From Octopus bimaculoides (Eukaryota), in contig NC_068996.1 in assembly GCF_001194135.2 (NCBI RefSeq), positions 36,809,653 to 36,873,652 on the forward strand: a DNA stretch of 64,000 nt, written 5' to 3'. Position numbers and translations under genes: made by a program. Numbering within the stretch: the first letter of the stretch is position 1; each line of letters begins with the position of its first letter. Below are positions 13,012 to 25,689 of the stretch, piece by piece. The notes beneath the pieces are model-generated. The model searched no databases and was not told the DNA's origin. It worked only from the letters and a program-made list of their open reading frames with translations.

Positions 13012-13471
13012 CTGAAAAGACTTCTTTTTCTGTTTGGCAGAAACTAAGAAGATAAAGAGAAATAAATACTTGAATTCATACAGTTGCATAGTAACAGAGG
13101 TCAATGAATTTTATATTCTAGCTTACTTTTAATCTAATTTAATATACTGGCCTTCTTTATTACTAATTAACTTTATTGCACTGGTATATATTTAAGACAT
13201 AGAGAGAAAACAACAATGCGACATAAACTTTATGCCAAAAGACAAAATAGACTTTCCAGTTATTACAGTGTTTGGTGGTGAAGTGGTTAAGTTACTTGAG
13301 TGTAAGCAAAAATCATAAGATCAAATCCTACCCATTGTAAAATTTTTCAAGCAGTCAAGAATGCTGATAGGTAAGAGAAAGAACGGTCAGCTAGCCTTAA
13401 CAAATGATATCCATCTGCCATGTGCTTTCACACAAAAGGATCAAGTTGTAGAATAATGTATTGTACATTAA

Positions 13472-13660
13472 TCCTTTAGCATTCAGAATACTCAGTCAAA
13501 TGTAATGCTTATCTTTCTACATTGTTTTCTCATAGCTTTGGGATTTTGATATGATTGTATACTTTTTAAAATGACATTGTAGTGTAGGTGTAAGAGACTG
13601 GATCTTGACAGTTTGAACCCAAAACATGTAGAATATTTGGCCAATTTGAATGCTAAATGG
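13472..13660 (-). mobile_element. piggyBac-type MITE, family 1
   Basis: TTAA|TCCTTTAGCATTCAG...AATGCTAAATGG|TTAA. A partial copy also lies at ~18290-18395. Confidence 0.75.
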
Positions 13661-14356
13661 TTAACACAAAAAAAAAAATATATATATATATAAATTACAA
13701 AAACCAGAACAACAAAATGTTGTTGAATATAATTTGAATTGTAATCCTATTTACACAGTTCCCATAAGCAAACAATGAAATTAAAATGTCCAAAGAGATA
13801 AAAGTTGTTATTAGTATGCTTTGAACAAAAGGAAAATGTTATCATGGCTAAAGAGTGGTTTATTATTTAGTTGTCATTTTCAAAAATCAAAGCTTTATTC
13901 ATTCAAGAAATTGAGAGAGAATAGCTAAATGCCTTGAAAGAAATTACAATCAAACACATAATTTTGCTAATTATGATTTTTATTTTATTGCACTTCTTTC
14001 TAAAATCACAATTTGCTCATTCTTCAAGCCTTTCAAAAATGGAGGAAGGGTGGTTGAAAAAAAAAAAAAAAAAATCAATTATCAATGAACAATTATTCTA
14101 ATAATTTATTAAATAATCTTGATAACAAAGTGCACTACAAAAGTTCAACAAAGAAAACTGATCCCAAAGTGGATATGCTGAGTTAGAGGGGTATCACACA
14201 ATGTTTTTAACGAAAACGACATGACGAAAGTGGAATAGAATCAAGCAATGAGATAATATACACTTTATTAAAGATAACACGCTTAACTGATAGCATCTGC
14301 TAGAATGACATACTAGGTTAGTAGAGGAGAGAGAAAGAGAGAAAGAGTAAAACTTA

Positions 14357-14557
14357 CTGCTTGCTATTTTTGCTGCAAGTAAAACCAAGCAACTAATTAG
14401 AAAACATTCAGATTCAGATTTATAATAAAAAATTTGTCCTGTCAAAATTTTAACACATATTTTTGTTAAAGTATATTGTAACAATTTGGTGAACCTTGGT
14501 AAAACTATTGCAATAGTGTCCCTATCTTGTGTAGGTGGAAATATTTCCAGATGACTC
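14357..14557 (-). CDS. Candidate ~200-nt exon
   Basis: Long poly-T tract, first AG (AAG), stop-free frame SHLEIFPPTQDRDTIAIVLPRF...CLVLLAAKIAS, donor GTAAGT. Boundaries approximate. Confidence 0.2.
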
Positions 14558-14793
14558 TTGGTAGATATTGAAAAGATGAAAAAAAAAAAAAAAAAGAAAA
14601 GAAAATTTGATGTATCTAATATAATGGTTAGGTAAATGTTTCAATTTAAAGAATAATTCCAGAAATACTTATATAGAATATGGATGTGAGGATTCTAACA
14701 GTAATTTTTTAGAATTTAGTATTAAATAAGATATTATGGACCAAGATACATGACATACCCAATCAAACCATCGTTATATATACTTATATATAA

Positions 14794-14870
14794 GGCAGTC
14801 TGATGATGACCTAACTGGCTGAACAGCTGAAACTTTGAAGTCACTATCAATAATATTCTTGTACTCTACA
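14794..14870 (+). mobile_element. Penelope-like terminal remnant with a hammerhead-core-like motif
   Basis: GGCAGT-CTGATGA-...-GAAAC-TTTGAA-GTC-ACTATC followed by 'aataatattcttgtactc'. A similar 3' end occurs at ~18645-18690. Confidence 0.45.
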
Positions 14871-15344
14871 AAAGTATAGAGTAACTCATCAGATTAATGT
14901 AAAATTGTTTTTATTATAACATAAAATGAAGCATTAATTAATTAATATTTTTATATGTATGTATATGTAAATGTCAACCACTGAAAGTGAGTGCTCAACA
15001 CTGCATTGATGGATATAATTTCTTTATTTGTGAATTAAGGCTACCATTGGTTTCATGTTAAGAAAAGTAGAAAAATATCCTTGTGTCTTAACAATTTTTC
15101 AAGCTGATAAATTATATATACACACACATACACACAGAAAAAGAGAGAGACAATAAATGTGTGTTTCACTAAGTTTGTATAACTTGGAGAGAAGATAAAG
15201 GGATCATGGGATCTCATCACAGCATATAAACTTATTCAAAACCATGAAATTCACTGTCATTTTTGCCAATGCAGATTAAGGCCAGTTCATTTGGACTCTT
15301 TCACATGGCACACATACACACACACAAACACACAAGTTCTAGTT

Positions 15345-15425
15345 GACAGCTTTTGTTACTAAGGAGATGTAATTAGTAAGGGAGGAGGTTACTTCAAAAG
15401 TATAGTGGCCAGAATAAGGAGAAAG
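15345..15425 (+). mobile_element. Displaced duplicate of an internal RTE segment
   Basis: 'agcttttgttactaaggagatgtaattagtaagggagga(g/a)gttact(t/c)caaaagtatagt' recurs at ~16320-16380. Confidence 0.7.
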
Positions 15426-15539
15426 ATTGGCATAGCAGTATCACTATAAGGTACTACAAAAGCAAAGGAGATGCCTTAGAGAGAAGCAATTATAGAGGAA
15501 TCAAATTACTGGATCAGATTATGAAAGTCAAGAAAGAGT

Positions 15540-16815
15540 CATAGCTCAATTGGCCCATGATAGGGTAGAAGTAGATGAAATGCAGCTAGGTTTCCTGTCC
15601 AGTAAAGGTACCACGGATGCAATCTTCCTAGTGAAGCAACTGCAACAGAAATACTTGGCTAATAGTAAATCATTATTCCAGGCTCTTGTTGATTTGGAGG
15701 TGTTTGACAGGATACCACATACAGTAATCTGGTCATTAATGAAGCTGGATGTTGGCATATGGCTTGTGAGAGCTGTACAAGCCATGTACAAAAATGCAAT
15801 AAGTGAAAGTCAACAACTTCTATGGTGAATTTAGCAAAATGGTTGCAGTCCATCAAAGTTCAGTTTTGAGTCTCCTCCCATTCATAATAGTCCTACAGGC
15901 CATCACAGAACAGTTTAAGACCAATTATCTATGGGAACTCCAATGTGCTAATGATCTAGTTCTCATAGCAAAATCTATAGAAGAATTAGAAATGAAATTT
16001 CAGGCATGGAAACAAAGCCTAGAATAGAGAGGTCTTAAAATACATTTAGTAAAGACAAAGGTTTTAAAATGTAGGAAAGGAGACAGGAAGCTAGTACATT
16101 GTGAAACAGCTTTATTCAATATGTAGAAAAGGGGAAGTTATAAATTTGATACACTGTACCCATGTAAGCTATGGACAAAAGAGATGTAACAGAATCTCAG
16201 GCAGACTAGCAGAGAACATAAGCTTCATATACGATAGACACACTGGAGCAGTACATACTATGAACACACCAGAAATAGACTTCCTTGAATGCCTGGATGG
16301 CTCACTAAAATTAGTTGATAGCTTTTGTTACTAAGGAGATGTAATTAGTAAGGGAGGAAGTTACTCCAAAAGTATAGTAAGGACAGGTCGGAGAAAGATC
16401 AGCGAGAAACTACTGCTGCTAGCAACAAATGTGAAAGGTAGATTGTAATAATGCATGTGTTAGAACTGCAATGCTGCATGGTTCTGAGACATGAGTTTTG
16501 AACACAAAGGACATTAGAAGTCTTGGGAAAAAAAACCAAGCAAGCCTGCTCTGTTGGATGTGCAATGTGAGTGTGCATGAAAGACATAGTATAGAAGTGA
16601 TGTATGAAAAAATGGGCATAAGAAGTGTCACATGTAGTGTGCAGGAAAGAAGATTGTGCTGGTATGGACAATGTATGGATAAGGACAGTTGCATAAAGAT
16701 GTGCCAATCACTTAATGTGGTTAGAGCTTATGGAATAGTGAAGCTAAGGGAGTCGAGGGATGAAATGGTGAACACTAACATCAGGACCCAGAACCTCACA
16801 GTAGATTTGACAAAG
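15540..16815 (+). mobile_element. Decayed RTE-clade LINE (RT domain and C-terminus)
   Basis: Track ORFs 15550-15828 (DEMQLGFLSSKGTTDAIFLVKQLQQKY...VDLEVFDRIPH), 15803-16027 (VHQSSVLSLLPFIIVLQAI...ANDLVLIA) and 16498-16821 (LLCWMCNVSV...VQERRLCWYG) match RTE RT motifs. Confidence 0.9.
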
Positions 16816-17809
16816 GACTAGGATGACTGGAAATACTTGGTTCAAGAAGACCTGTCCACCTCAGCGAAACCAATTTTTAGAAGCAATGTCTATATATATA
16901 TATATATACATAGACATAAGGGCACCTTGTAGAATCTTCTTGTCATATCACGCCACTTCCACCCATTATCTCTCTCACTGTAGCTCTCCCTTGATACCAC
17001 TGTTTTCCTTGCAAATGTTGTCTCCACTCACATGTTACATTGATCATCCTCTGCCCTCTCCACTGAACCATCAAGTTATCTCCTCATGCACTACGCCTGT
17101 TTCTTTCTTCAACTGTATCACCTTTACTTACTGCTCTTCCCCACCCCAACTCTCCAACTTTTGGATTATTGGTTATCCCCTGCTCCCCACATCCACCTTT
17201 CAACCTTTCCCAATCTTTACAGTTGTTGCCTATCTCTCCTCCCCAATCTCTTGCTTCTGCACATCCCAACCTATCTACACTCCTAGTTCCTGTATCCCCA
17301 CCCATTTTTACTTACCACATACCTAGAGAGACCATCTACACACCTCATCACCACTATTTATATTTATCTCTCTGCAGCCCCTACTGATCATTCTCATCCC
17401 CTTTTCTACATGGAGTAGCTATGTAAATCTTCTAGAGAACCCCTGCTCTTCCTCTTCACCCTGCCTCATATTTTGACCTCTTGCCCCTAGCATAAAGCAG
17501 AACTCTACCTATTCTTGTGCACCAAATACACTCTGTAAAGTGGTTGGTGTTAGGACAAGCATTCAGCTGTGGAAACTATGGTAAAACAACACCGGATGCA
17601 ATGCAGTTTTAGGACCTGTCAGATCCTTTCAAACTATCTATCCAAGTTCACAATGAACAAGGATGTTCATTGTGAACTTGGATGGATGTTGATGACAATA
17701 CATACACATACATGCATGTGTATTTTTGTATATACATACACAGTCATCATCATCATCATAATTTTTTTAATGTCCTTTTTTTTCCATGCCTGCATGAATT
17801 AGATGAATC

Positions 17810-18260
17810 TTCTGCAAGTAGTATCACACCACTGGCTGTAACCTCTTGTCAGCCATTTTGTCAAGCTCAGTTTCAAGTAGTCAGCTTTCATTTCTTTCCA
17901 TATCTGCCTCTTACAAGAGTTTCTTCCACTTAGCTCACTTGACAATTCTTTATCCGACTGTTATCCCCCATGTACATCATAGCTCTCAACCAACACAGTC
18001 TCTTACACACTAATCTCAGTTTTTCTCTCAACTCAAGTGGTATTTTAGTTGTTCATTCACACTCACTAGAGAATATGCATCTCTTTTTTTTTTTTTTTTT
18101 TTCTGGCCTTCACACATTCTCCTCCACATTAAATGCTTAGGTTTCACTACCATGCAAAAAGGAAGTATTCACTACCCCTCACTCAAACAGAGAACCCCTT
18201 TGCTGCTAATAAAAGTAACAATTCTCAAAACTTTAATCCAGTTGTAACTGACTGTCCTAT
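17810..18260 (-). mobile_element. Old RTE-clade LINE C-terminal fragment
   Basis: Reverse complement resembles the 16400-16800 and 33560-33900 RTE C-terminal region (tgtcaagtgagctaagtggaagaaactcttgtaagaggcaga ~ 'RGRPRKTW'). Confidence 0.55.
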
Positions 18261-18559
18261 ATTCAGAATAACCACCTCCTTTATTAATTAACCTTTTAAA
18301 CCAGTCATATCCATCCTAAATGTTGTACCTGTTTCATGTTCAAACTGACCAAATTTGGTATCTCACACTTATCCTACAATGTCATTCTAAAAAATTCTTT
18401 TTTTTGCTGTATTGTGTATTTGTTTCTTTTTTGCATGTTATTTTTTATTATTGATCTTCTATATAAATGAAGCTATATCTCTTAATTTGCTGCTTTCCTT
18501 TACATGAACAGAGAAGACACCTTGTGTAACAGTCATTATTTTAACGAGTTATAACCAAT

Positions 18560-18690
18560 TATCACCCGAAGAGATACAGCTGCACCAATGGATGCTCCTG
18601 AACCATGAGTTAAGTATCCCACCTGTAAGGGATCAATGCTAGATGGTTGAAACAATTGTAGTGATTAATAAATATTCTTGTATCTTCCAT
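18560..18690 (+). mobile_element. Penelope-like terminal remnant
   Basis: 'cacccgaagag...cctgaaacc' and 'cacctgtaaggg...ttgaaac...aataaatattcttgtatc'; degenerate C(T/C)GAnGA...GAAAC cores. Confidence 0.35.
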
Positions 18691-18710
18691 CTCTCTCATT
18701 AACCAACCAA

Positions 18711-18744
<34 letters not shown>

Positions 18745-20467
18745 GTACATATATATATATACACACACACATATATATAATGACTCCTTTACCTATGAGT
18801 CAAATACAACAATCTCTAATTCATTCTTCGAACCAGTCTTCATTATATGATTAATCAACAATGGCATTTGAAATTTGCCAGTGATTTATAGATTTTGTAT
18901 TATTGATATAATATTCAATGCATTGACTGCATAACCATTATCTAACTCACTGTTATCTGATCTGCTGCAACAACCAAAAAAAAAAAGAAAAGATAAAAAA
19001 TATATTACAAGTAAGTTTCATATGAAAGTACTGCATTCCTTTAGCAAGGGACATTCCCTACCTAGCTCTTCAATAGTGCTTGTACAAGTGTTACAGTAAT
19101 CTCAATGTCACTTGGACACCCCCCCCCACCACCACCACAGTTGCTCAAAGTCTAAAACAATCATTATAGGAAGAGAACATAGAGACTCTATGGTCTTTTG
19201 AAACCAGATACAACATTCTAATAAGTTAAATGGTTTATTTTCTGCAGAAAGCATTGGTGCTGGTGCCACATGAAGAGCAATGGTGATAGTGCCACGTAAA
19301 ATGCACCCAGTACTCTGTGTAAAATGGTGTTAAGAAGGGCATCCAGCTGTAGAAACCAAGCTAAAACAGACAATTGGACTTGGTGCAGCACCTGGCCATG
19401 CCAGCTTCTGTCAAACTGTTCATCATAGAAAATGGACATTAAATGATGATGAAGAATGGACATATCTCACTGTCTTCAGCAGTGGTTCTCAACCTATGCC
19501 AACTCAGGGCCTCACCTAGTGCACTAAATAATATTTCACGACTATCTCTCCACCAAACCCTCCTTTTTTTGTTCTTTTTGTCTTTGTAGAAGAGAAAAAA
19601 GAAAAGATTATTTATACTACTCTAACTATCATGTGATTCCTTTTAGATGCTTGTGTGAAAATAACTAGAGAAAGCAGTGACTTATATAATGAAATTATAA
19701 TGGTCAGTCAGGTTTCCTGCTCAATGCTATAACTATGTCCTATTTATACTTTTCAATCTTGACAAAGATCTCTGAAAATTCATTAAAATTTAAATATTTC
19801 TTGTGGTTTAGGTATTATATTTGTAAGAAAAATCCTAACCCCATTCTGAACACCTAGTGCCCTATATATTAGTTTCTTGACATTTGCAGCCCTAATGCAA
19901 TGAGCTCACAAAATACTTGCATCCAAAAGAGAACTTTACCAATTACATAACATAGTGTCATCAACATCTATCATTCATTCAGCTTTTGGGTTTCTTGCAT
20001 GGCTTAATTCTAATGCCAAATCATTCACACGAAGAAAATTATATGTAGTTCAGCTAATGAGAGAACCACTAAGTGGTCACCCAACATGCTAGTAATTGCA
20101 GCCCAATCACAACTAGTATCTTAAAAAAAAAACAAAAACAAAAACAGTAATACACATTTAACAATTAATTCAATCCAGGATACCAATGTTACAGGCAATA
20201 TGATTAGTGAAGTTCAACTAAACTACAGTCTTTAGCAAAGAAATATACTTTTCTATTTATGAAAGAAATATACTTTTCTATGTATGAGCTCTCCACATGA
20301 CTTATGTCTAATTTGAACTTTTGAGAACTAATGTTTGTAAGAAAGACATGTAGGCAGGGAGTAAGTTTTAGAAAGTTGTAGTTCTGCAGAGAACACAATT
20401 AGAGGAAGTGCTTCAAGCAAGAAGAGGTTGAAAAAAGACAGGTGTAATGGAGTGTTGTGAATAAGCT

Positions 20468-20709
20468 TGTTTGTTTGAAAAGCTGGAACCTCTTTGAGTA
20501 AGTATCAGTTTGTTTACTTGCACAAATCCTTGTACAGACCACTTTGCATCTCTGTTTTATTTGTCTGTGGAGAAATCTATAGAAGACGGATTTCAATAGA
20601 TTTCTCCTCCACAGATAAATAAAACAGAAATGCAAAGTTGTCTGTACAAGGATTTGTGCAAGTAAACAAACTAATACTTACTCAAAAAGTCCAGCTTTTC
20701 AAACAAACA
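20468..20709. repeat. Long inverted repeat (~113-nt arms, 15-nt loop)
   Basis: 20468-20580 is the reverse complement of 20596-20709 with few mismatches; loop agaagacggatttca. Confidence 0.95.
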
Positions 20710-21807
20710 TCCACAGATGATACTATTAAACGTTGCTCTCAGTCATACACACACACATACATTCACTGATACACATGCATGTGTACACAGAAACACACAT
20801 ACTGAAATACAGGTGGGCTGTGTTGTGCAGTTCAGTGGTCTACTTCCTAACCATGTGGGTTTGGGTTCAGTCCCACTGCACAGCACATTGAGTAAGTGTC
20901 AACCACTGGAGGACCATGCTGACCAAAGCCTTACGAATAGATTTGATGGGTGGAATCTGAAAGAATCCCATCATCATCATTATCATTGTCGTTATTTCAT
21001 GTCAGTTTTCCATGTCAAGCATGGATTGAATGATTGGACAAGATCTGTTAAGCTGTAGGGTTGCACTGAGCTCCAGTGTCTGTTTCGGCATGTTGGATAC
21101 CCGTCCTATCAAAGTGAGTGTGTGTGTGTATGTGCGCACGCGCGCATATGCATGTGTGTGCGTTGATATTAAATTTGTAACCAAAGATATAATGACATGT
21201 TTAATAAACATACAGGTTAGCAATTAATGTTGCAGGATTTTAGGCCCAACAAAGCACATGCAATATCAGTTTTATCCACCTTATTGGCATGACCCGGAGA
21301 CAAGCCTCAATGAGATATCTTGTGTCAATAAAGACTTCAGGCTCTGAAGTGTGAGAGCATTATGATTTACTGCTAGTACATGAAGAACTCATAAATGACT
21401 AAGACCACTCTCTCCCCAGTAGGTTTTATATTCATAATATAAACCTACACTAAAGCTACAAGAAAGCTTAGGAAGGCACCAACAAGAGACCTAATAGTTG
21501 GATACTTATTGAATGTAGAGAGTTTCTTTAAGAATAACCAAAAGGCACCACACTCCAAATGCTTTTTATGACATATTCAACACTAATCTGAAGTTTCTAA
21601 GTTTCTATATTATATATATATAGGCACAGAGAGAGAGAGAGAGAGAGACACACTCACATGTACATAGACAGACAAACATACATACATACACACAGGCATA
21701 TACATACGCACATACATATATACAATCAAATATGCTAAGTCCAACCCATGCTAGCATGGAAAGCAGACGTTAAACGATGATGATGATATATATATATATA
21801 TATAAAG

Positions 21808-22264
21808 TTCATGTTCTCTTAAATGAAGGGAAGAAAATGAAGAGTTAAATGTTAATAATTATTTATTATTAAAAAATTGGTAATCTTTACTTCTTAAAGC
21901 TGTTTCCATTAGTGCCCAATGGGTAAATTGAAAATAATTGTGCTCTAAATTTGCATTTATATGTTATGAGCATAACTTCATCAGAGCATAACTTCAACAT
22001 TACAATATTACATTTCAGCCTATCTGTTCAGTCTGCTTGCATGAACGGATAGGTCAGAATGTGATATTGTAATGTATATCTTTTTCTCTGATGAAGTTAT
22101 GCTCATAACATATAAATGTAAATTTAGAGCACAATTATTTTTAATTTACCTATTAGGCATTAATGGAAATGGCTGTAAGAAGTAAAGATTACCAATTTTT
22201 TAATAATAAGTAATTATTAACTTTTAACTCTCCATTTTCTTTCCTTCAATTAAATGAACATGAA
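21808..22264. repeat. Long inverted repeat / palindromic MITE (~220-nt arms, ~11-nt loop)
   Basis: 'ttcatgttc...ctatctgttca|gtctgcttgca|tgaacggatag...gaacatgaa'; arms pair along their whole length with scattered mismatches; TA-rich flanks. Confidence 0.95.
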
Positions 22265-22387
22265 TTATATGCTTAATATATACCTATAAATTTAAGGAAA
22301 TTTCATTTCCCAAAAATACTAGGTATAGATCCAGTGTTTCATTGGATGTCACCATCCTTTTATGAGGCTAACATATCATCTAAGCAA

Positions 22388-22425
<38 letters not shown>

Positions 22426-22601
22426 CAAGAAGATCTTAAATCATTTTGGTTTAAGATCTGGAATGAAAGGGATTTCAGTCAGGATGTACCATGGCTAGAT
22501 ATAATCAAGAAGGAATACTAGATTAAAATCACCAGTAAAATTTACAAGATCAACTTTGAAAACTTTCACTAAAGCTATGAGAAAGCTTGAGAAGGCACTA
22601 A

Positions 22602-23458
22602 NNNNNNNNNNNNNNNNNNNNNNNNNNNNNNNNNNNNNNNNNNNNNNNNNNNNNNNNNNNNNNNNNNNNNNNNNNNNNNNNNNNNNNNNNNNNNNNNNNN
22701 NNNNNNNNNNNNNNNNNNNNNNNNNNNNNNNNNNNNNNNNNNNNNNNNNNNNNNNNNNNNNNNNNNNNNNNNNNNNNNNNNNNNNNNNNNNNNNNNNNNN
22801 NNNNNNNNNNNNNNNNNNNNNNNNNNNNNNNNNNNNNNNNNNNNNNNNNNNNNNNNNNNNNNNNNNNNNNNNNNNNNNNNNNNNNNNNNNNNNNNNNNNN
22901 NNNNNNNNNNNNNNNNNNNNNNNNNNNNNNNNNNNNNNNNNNNNNNNNNNNNNNNNNNNNNNNNNNNNNNNNNNNNNNNNNNNNNNNNNNNNNNNNNNNN
23001 NNNNNNNNNNNNNNNNNNNNNNNNNNNNNNNNNNNNNNNNNNNNNNNNNNNNNNNNNNNNNNNNNNNNNNNNNNNNNNNNNNNNNNNNNNNNNNNNNNNN
23101 NNNNNNNNNNNNNNNNNNNNNNNNNNNNNNNNNNNNNNNNNNNNNNNNNNNNNNNNNNNNNNNNNNNNNNNNNNNNNNNNNNNNNNNNNNNNNNNNNNNN
23201 NNNNNNNNNNNNNNNNNNNNNNNNNNNNNNNNNNNNNNNNNNNNNNNNNNNNNNNNNNNNNNNNNNNNNNNNNNNNNNNNNNNNNNNNNNNNNNNNNNNN
23301 NNNNNNNNNNNNNNNNNNNNNNNNNNNNNNNNNNNNNNNNNNNNNNNNNNNNNNNNNNNNNNNNNNNNNNNNNNNNNNNNNNNNNNNNNNNNNNNNNNNN
23401 NNNNNNNNNNNNNNNNNNNNNNNNNNNNNNNNNNNNNNNNNNNNNNNNNNNNNNNNNN
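22602..23458. other. Assembly gap (largest). Others: 11272-11656, 12025-12229, 36124-36297, 37170-37409, 38967-39822, 43396-43845, 53134-53253, 58822-58831, 59150-59159, 63225-63234
   Basis: N runs. Confidence 1.
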
Positions 23459-23790
23459 CCTGTTCTCTGCACTCTTCGATTAATTTTTCATATCTCTTCT
23501 CCTTTCGTTTCTCTGCATTGTCGATGTTTTCTTCCCATGGTACTGTCAGTTCTAGCAAGATTCCTATTCTCTGTTCTGTGTCCCATATGACTAAGTCTGG
23601 TCTTTTTGTTGTTTTTATAAGTGGAAAAATTGCTAGACTTCCCAAATCCGTGGCCAGCTCCCAGTATCCCTTCCATCTTTCGTCTATCTCATATATTTTA
23701 TTTGGAGGCCTGATCTTATGTCCTTTTCCCTCCTTCTGGAAGTATATTTTCCTGCGCTTTTCCACTTTGGGGTACTCTCCTCTGTTGTAT
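23459..23790 (-). mobile_element. Hero-like RLE non-LTR retrotransposon fragment (endonuclease domain), stop-free over ~110 codons, running into the gap
   Basis: Reading frame '...KIYFQKEGKGH...WELATDLGSLAIFPLIKTTKRPDLVIWDTEQRIGILLELTVPWEENIDNAEKRKEKRYEKLIEECREQ' carries the RPD-x12-ELTVPWE-x8-RK-x2-Y pattern of Hero-clade RLE endonucleases. The boundary at ~23790 is approximate. Confidence 0.8.
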
Positions 23791-25689
23791 TGATGTTCTA
23801 CAAAAAGTGACTTGATATATATTAAAAGAACTATGGAAGGCCAGATCAGCATAACATACTGACTTGCCATAGCACAGAGAAATCTTGCAACCAGGATTGA
23901 AAGCACTAGCTTGGCAGAAAACTAGAAGTCAATTACTTGTCTAAACATTTATGCATAAACCTTACACAAGCTGTCACAACCAATGCCTGCAAGACATTGT
24001 GTGTCCAACAAGATAGTAATGAATAGCTGACAGGTGGAAAGAAAGTAGTGTGGGGGAATGTACCAAACAGATTTCTTGTGATAGTAAGGATTTATTACAG
24101 AAAGGCATTGCTTCTTTCTCCCTTTCATGGATGTTGAAATCCTTGGAGTCAGTAAAAACACCCACTGCTTCAGATGTTGCCTCTGAAAGGCTCATGAAAA
24201 ACTGGCCAACAATTTTCACACATGAAAGTGAGATGATTGTTTCCAAAGATTATAAATTTTTCAAAGAGAATAATTCAAGAAGATGGTATGTCTGCGTTAC
24301 TGTATATTTTGGCACTAAATCCACTGTCTTTTCTTTTACAAAGATCCTCTGGTTATGTGTTAGGGTTTACAACAGTAAAGGATAATAATGTAAGCCTTAA
24401 TTTCGTTGTAGATGATCTAAAGATCTATACTAGATATTTATAATGCTGAAAAACAGCTGAATCTGGTAACATTTTCAAGTGATAGCAGAAGAGGATTTGA
24501 TAAAAAAAAACCCAAAAAACCCAGTTTATATCTGATACTTGAAAGCAGAAAATTTGCTTTCCAAACTCAAGACCTTTACATCATTGGTCTCCCTATATTC
24601 CCCTATTTCACTAATACTTGTACATGCTACAAAAACCTAGGTATTGATGAAAATATATCATAGAAAGGTACTGTGAACAAAGAATATTTATATCAGACTT
24701 CAAAAAAATAAAACAGTCAGGAGTCTTATAAGAAGGAAATGTCTCACAATACATTAACAATACCAGTAATGACACCAACATTTCAGATACTTGGTTTTCT
24801 ATGGAGGAAATCCATTCCACAGATACTGAAGTCTGCAAGATCCTGACTTGAAGCTTTCAAGAAACAACGATACAGTTAGATTCTATCTCAAAAGAAAAGA
24901 GGCTTAAGTTAAGTCACTTTCACTCAGACAGCATCATCTAAACAAGGCAACAAAAATTCATCAATCAAGCATTCAAAAAAATGAAGAGAATAACATCCTG
25001 CAGGTCAATAAGACTGCAGTACTCACTTTGTGATGACCTATGAGAACTCAAATATGCAAGACCAACATGTCTCAGCAAAGATCTGGAAGAAAAACATTCT
25101 ACATAACACAAAAAGGTTATGCATGGGTGCGTTTCTTACAAACTTGAAGAGAATGATAATGTTAATATTTCAGGTGACTCATAACTTACATTACATCATA
25201 CCTTGAAGATTATGCTTTTGCAATCCAACAGAAGAAAAATATCTACAGAACATCTAAAATGAACAAAGGACATAAAGAAGCCATTAAAACACCAAGATCT
25301 GACCAAAAATGTTGATAATGTCACATTTCTGTGGAGGTAATATGCGATTAGCAGTCACCCATAATGTCTTTTAAGTACTACTTTCCAATGTGGCATCATG
25401 ATATTAGCTAAATCAATATAAAATGTCGTCTGTAGGGAAAGATTGTCCTGGGAGAAATACAGATAATGCCTCTGCTACTGAATATATATCAATACAAAAA
25501 ATATCAGAACATTCCTATCAAGCACAAATATAACCAACCTGACAAAGTTGTTTGGGACAGAAAGGAAACAACCATGCAGGGCCACAGAGATTATCTGCCC
25601 AGTAGAGATGAATCTCTCTCTTTCAGGATCGGTGAGGAAGAAAAATAATTACAAACATTTACCTTGCAAAAATACATCTTAGATTTGTT

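Noticed and set aside
18789-18964. Minus-strand segment with strong acceptor and donor and a coding-looking frame
   Set aside because: In-frame TAA in the middle and stops in the other frames; only a 14-nt micro-exon is possible, which is unsupported.
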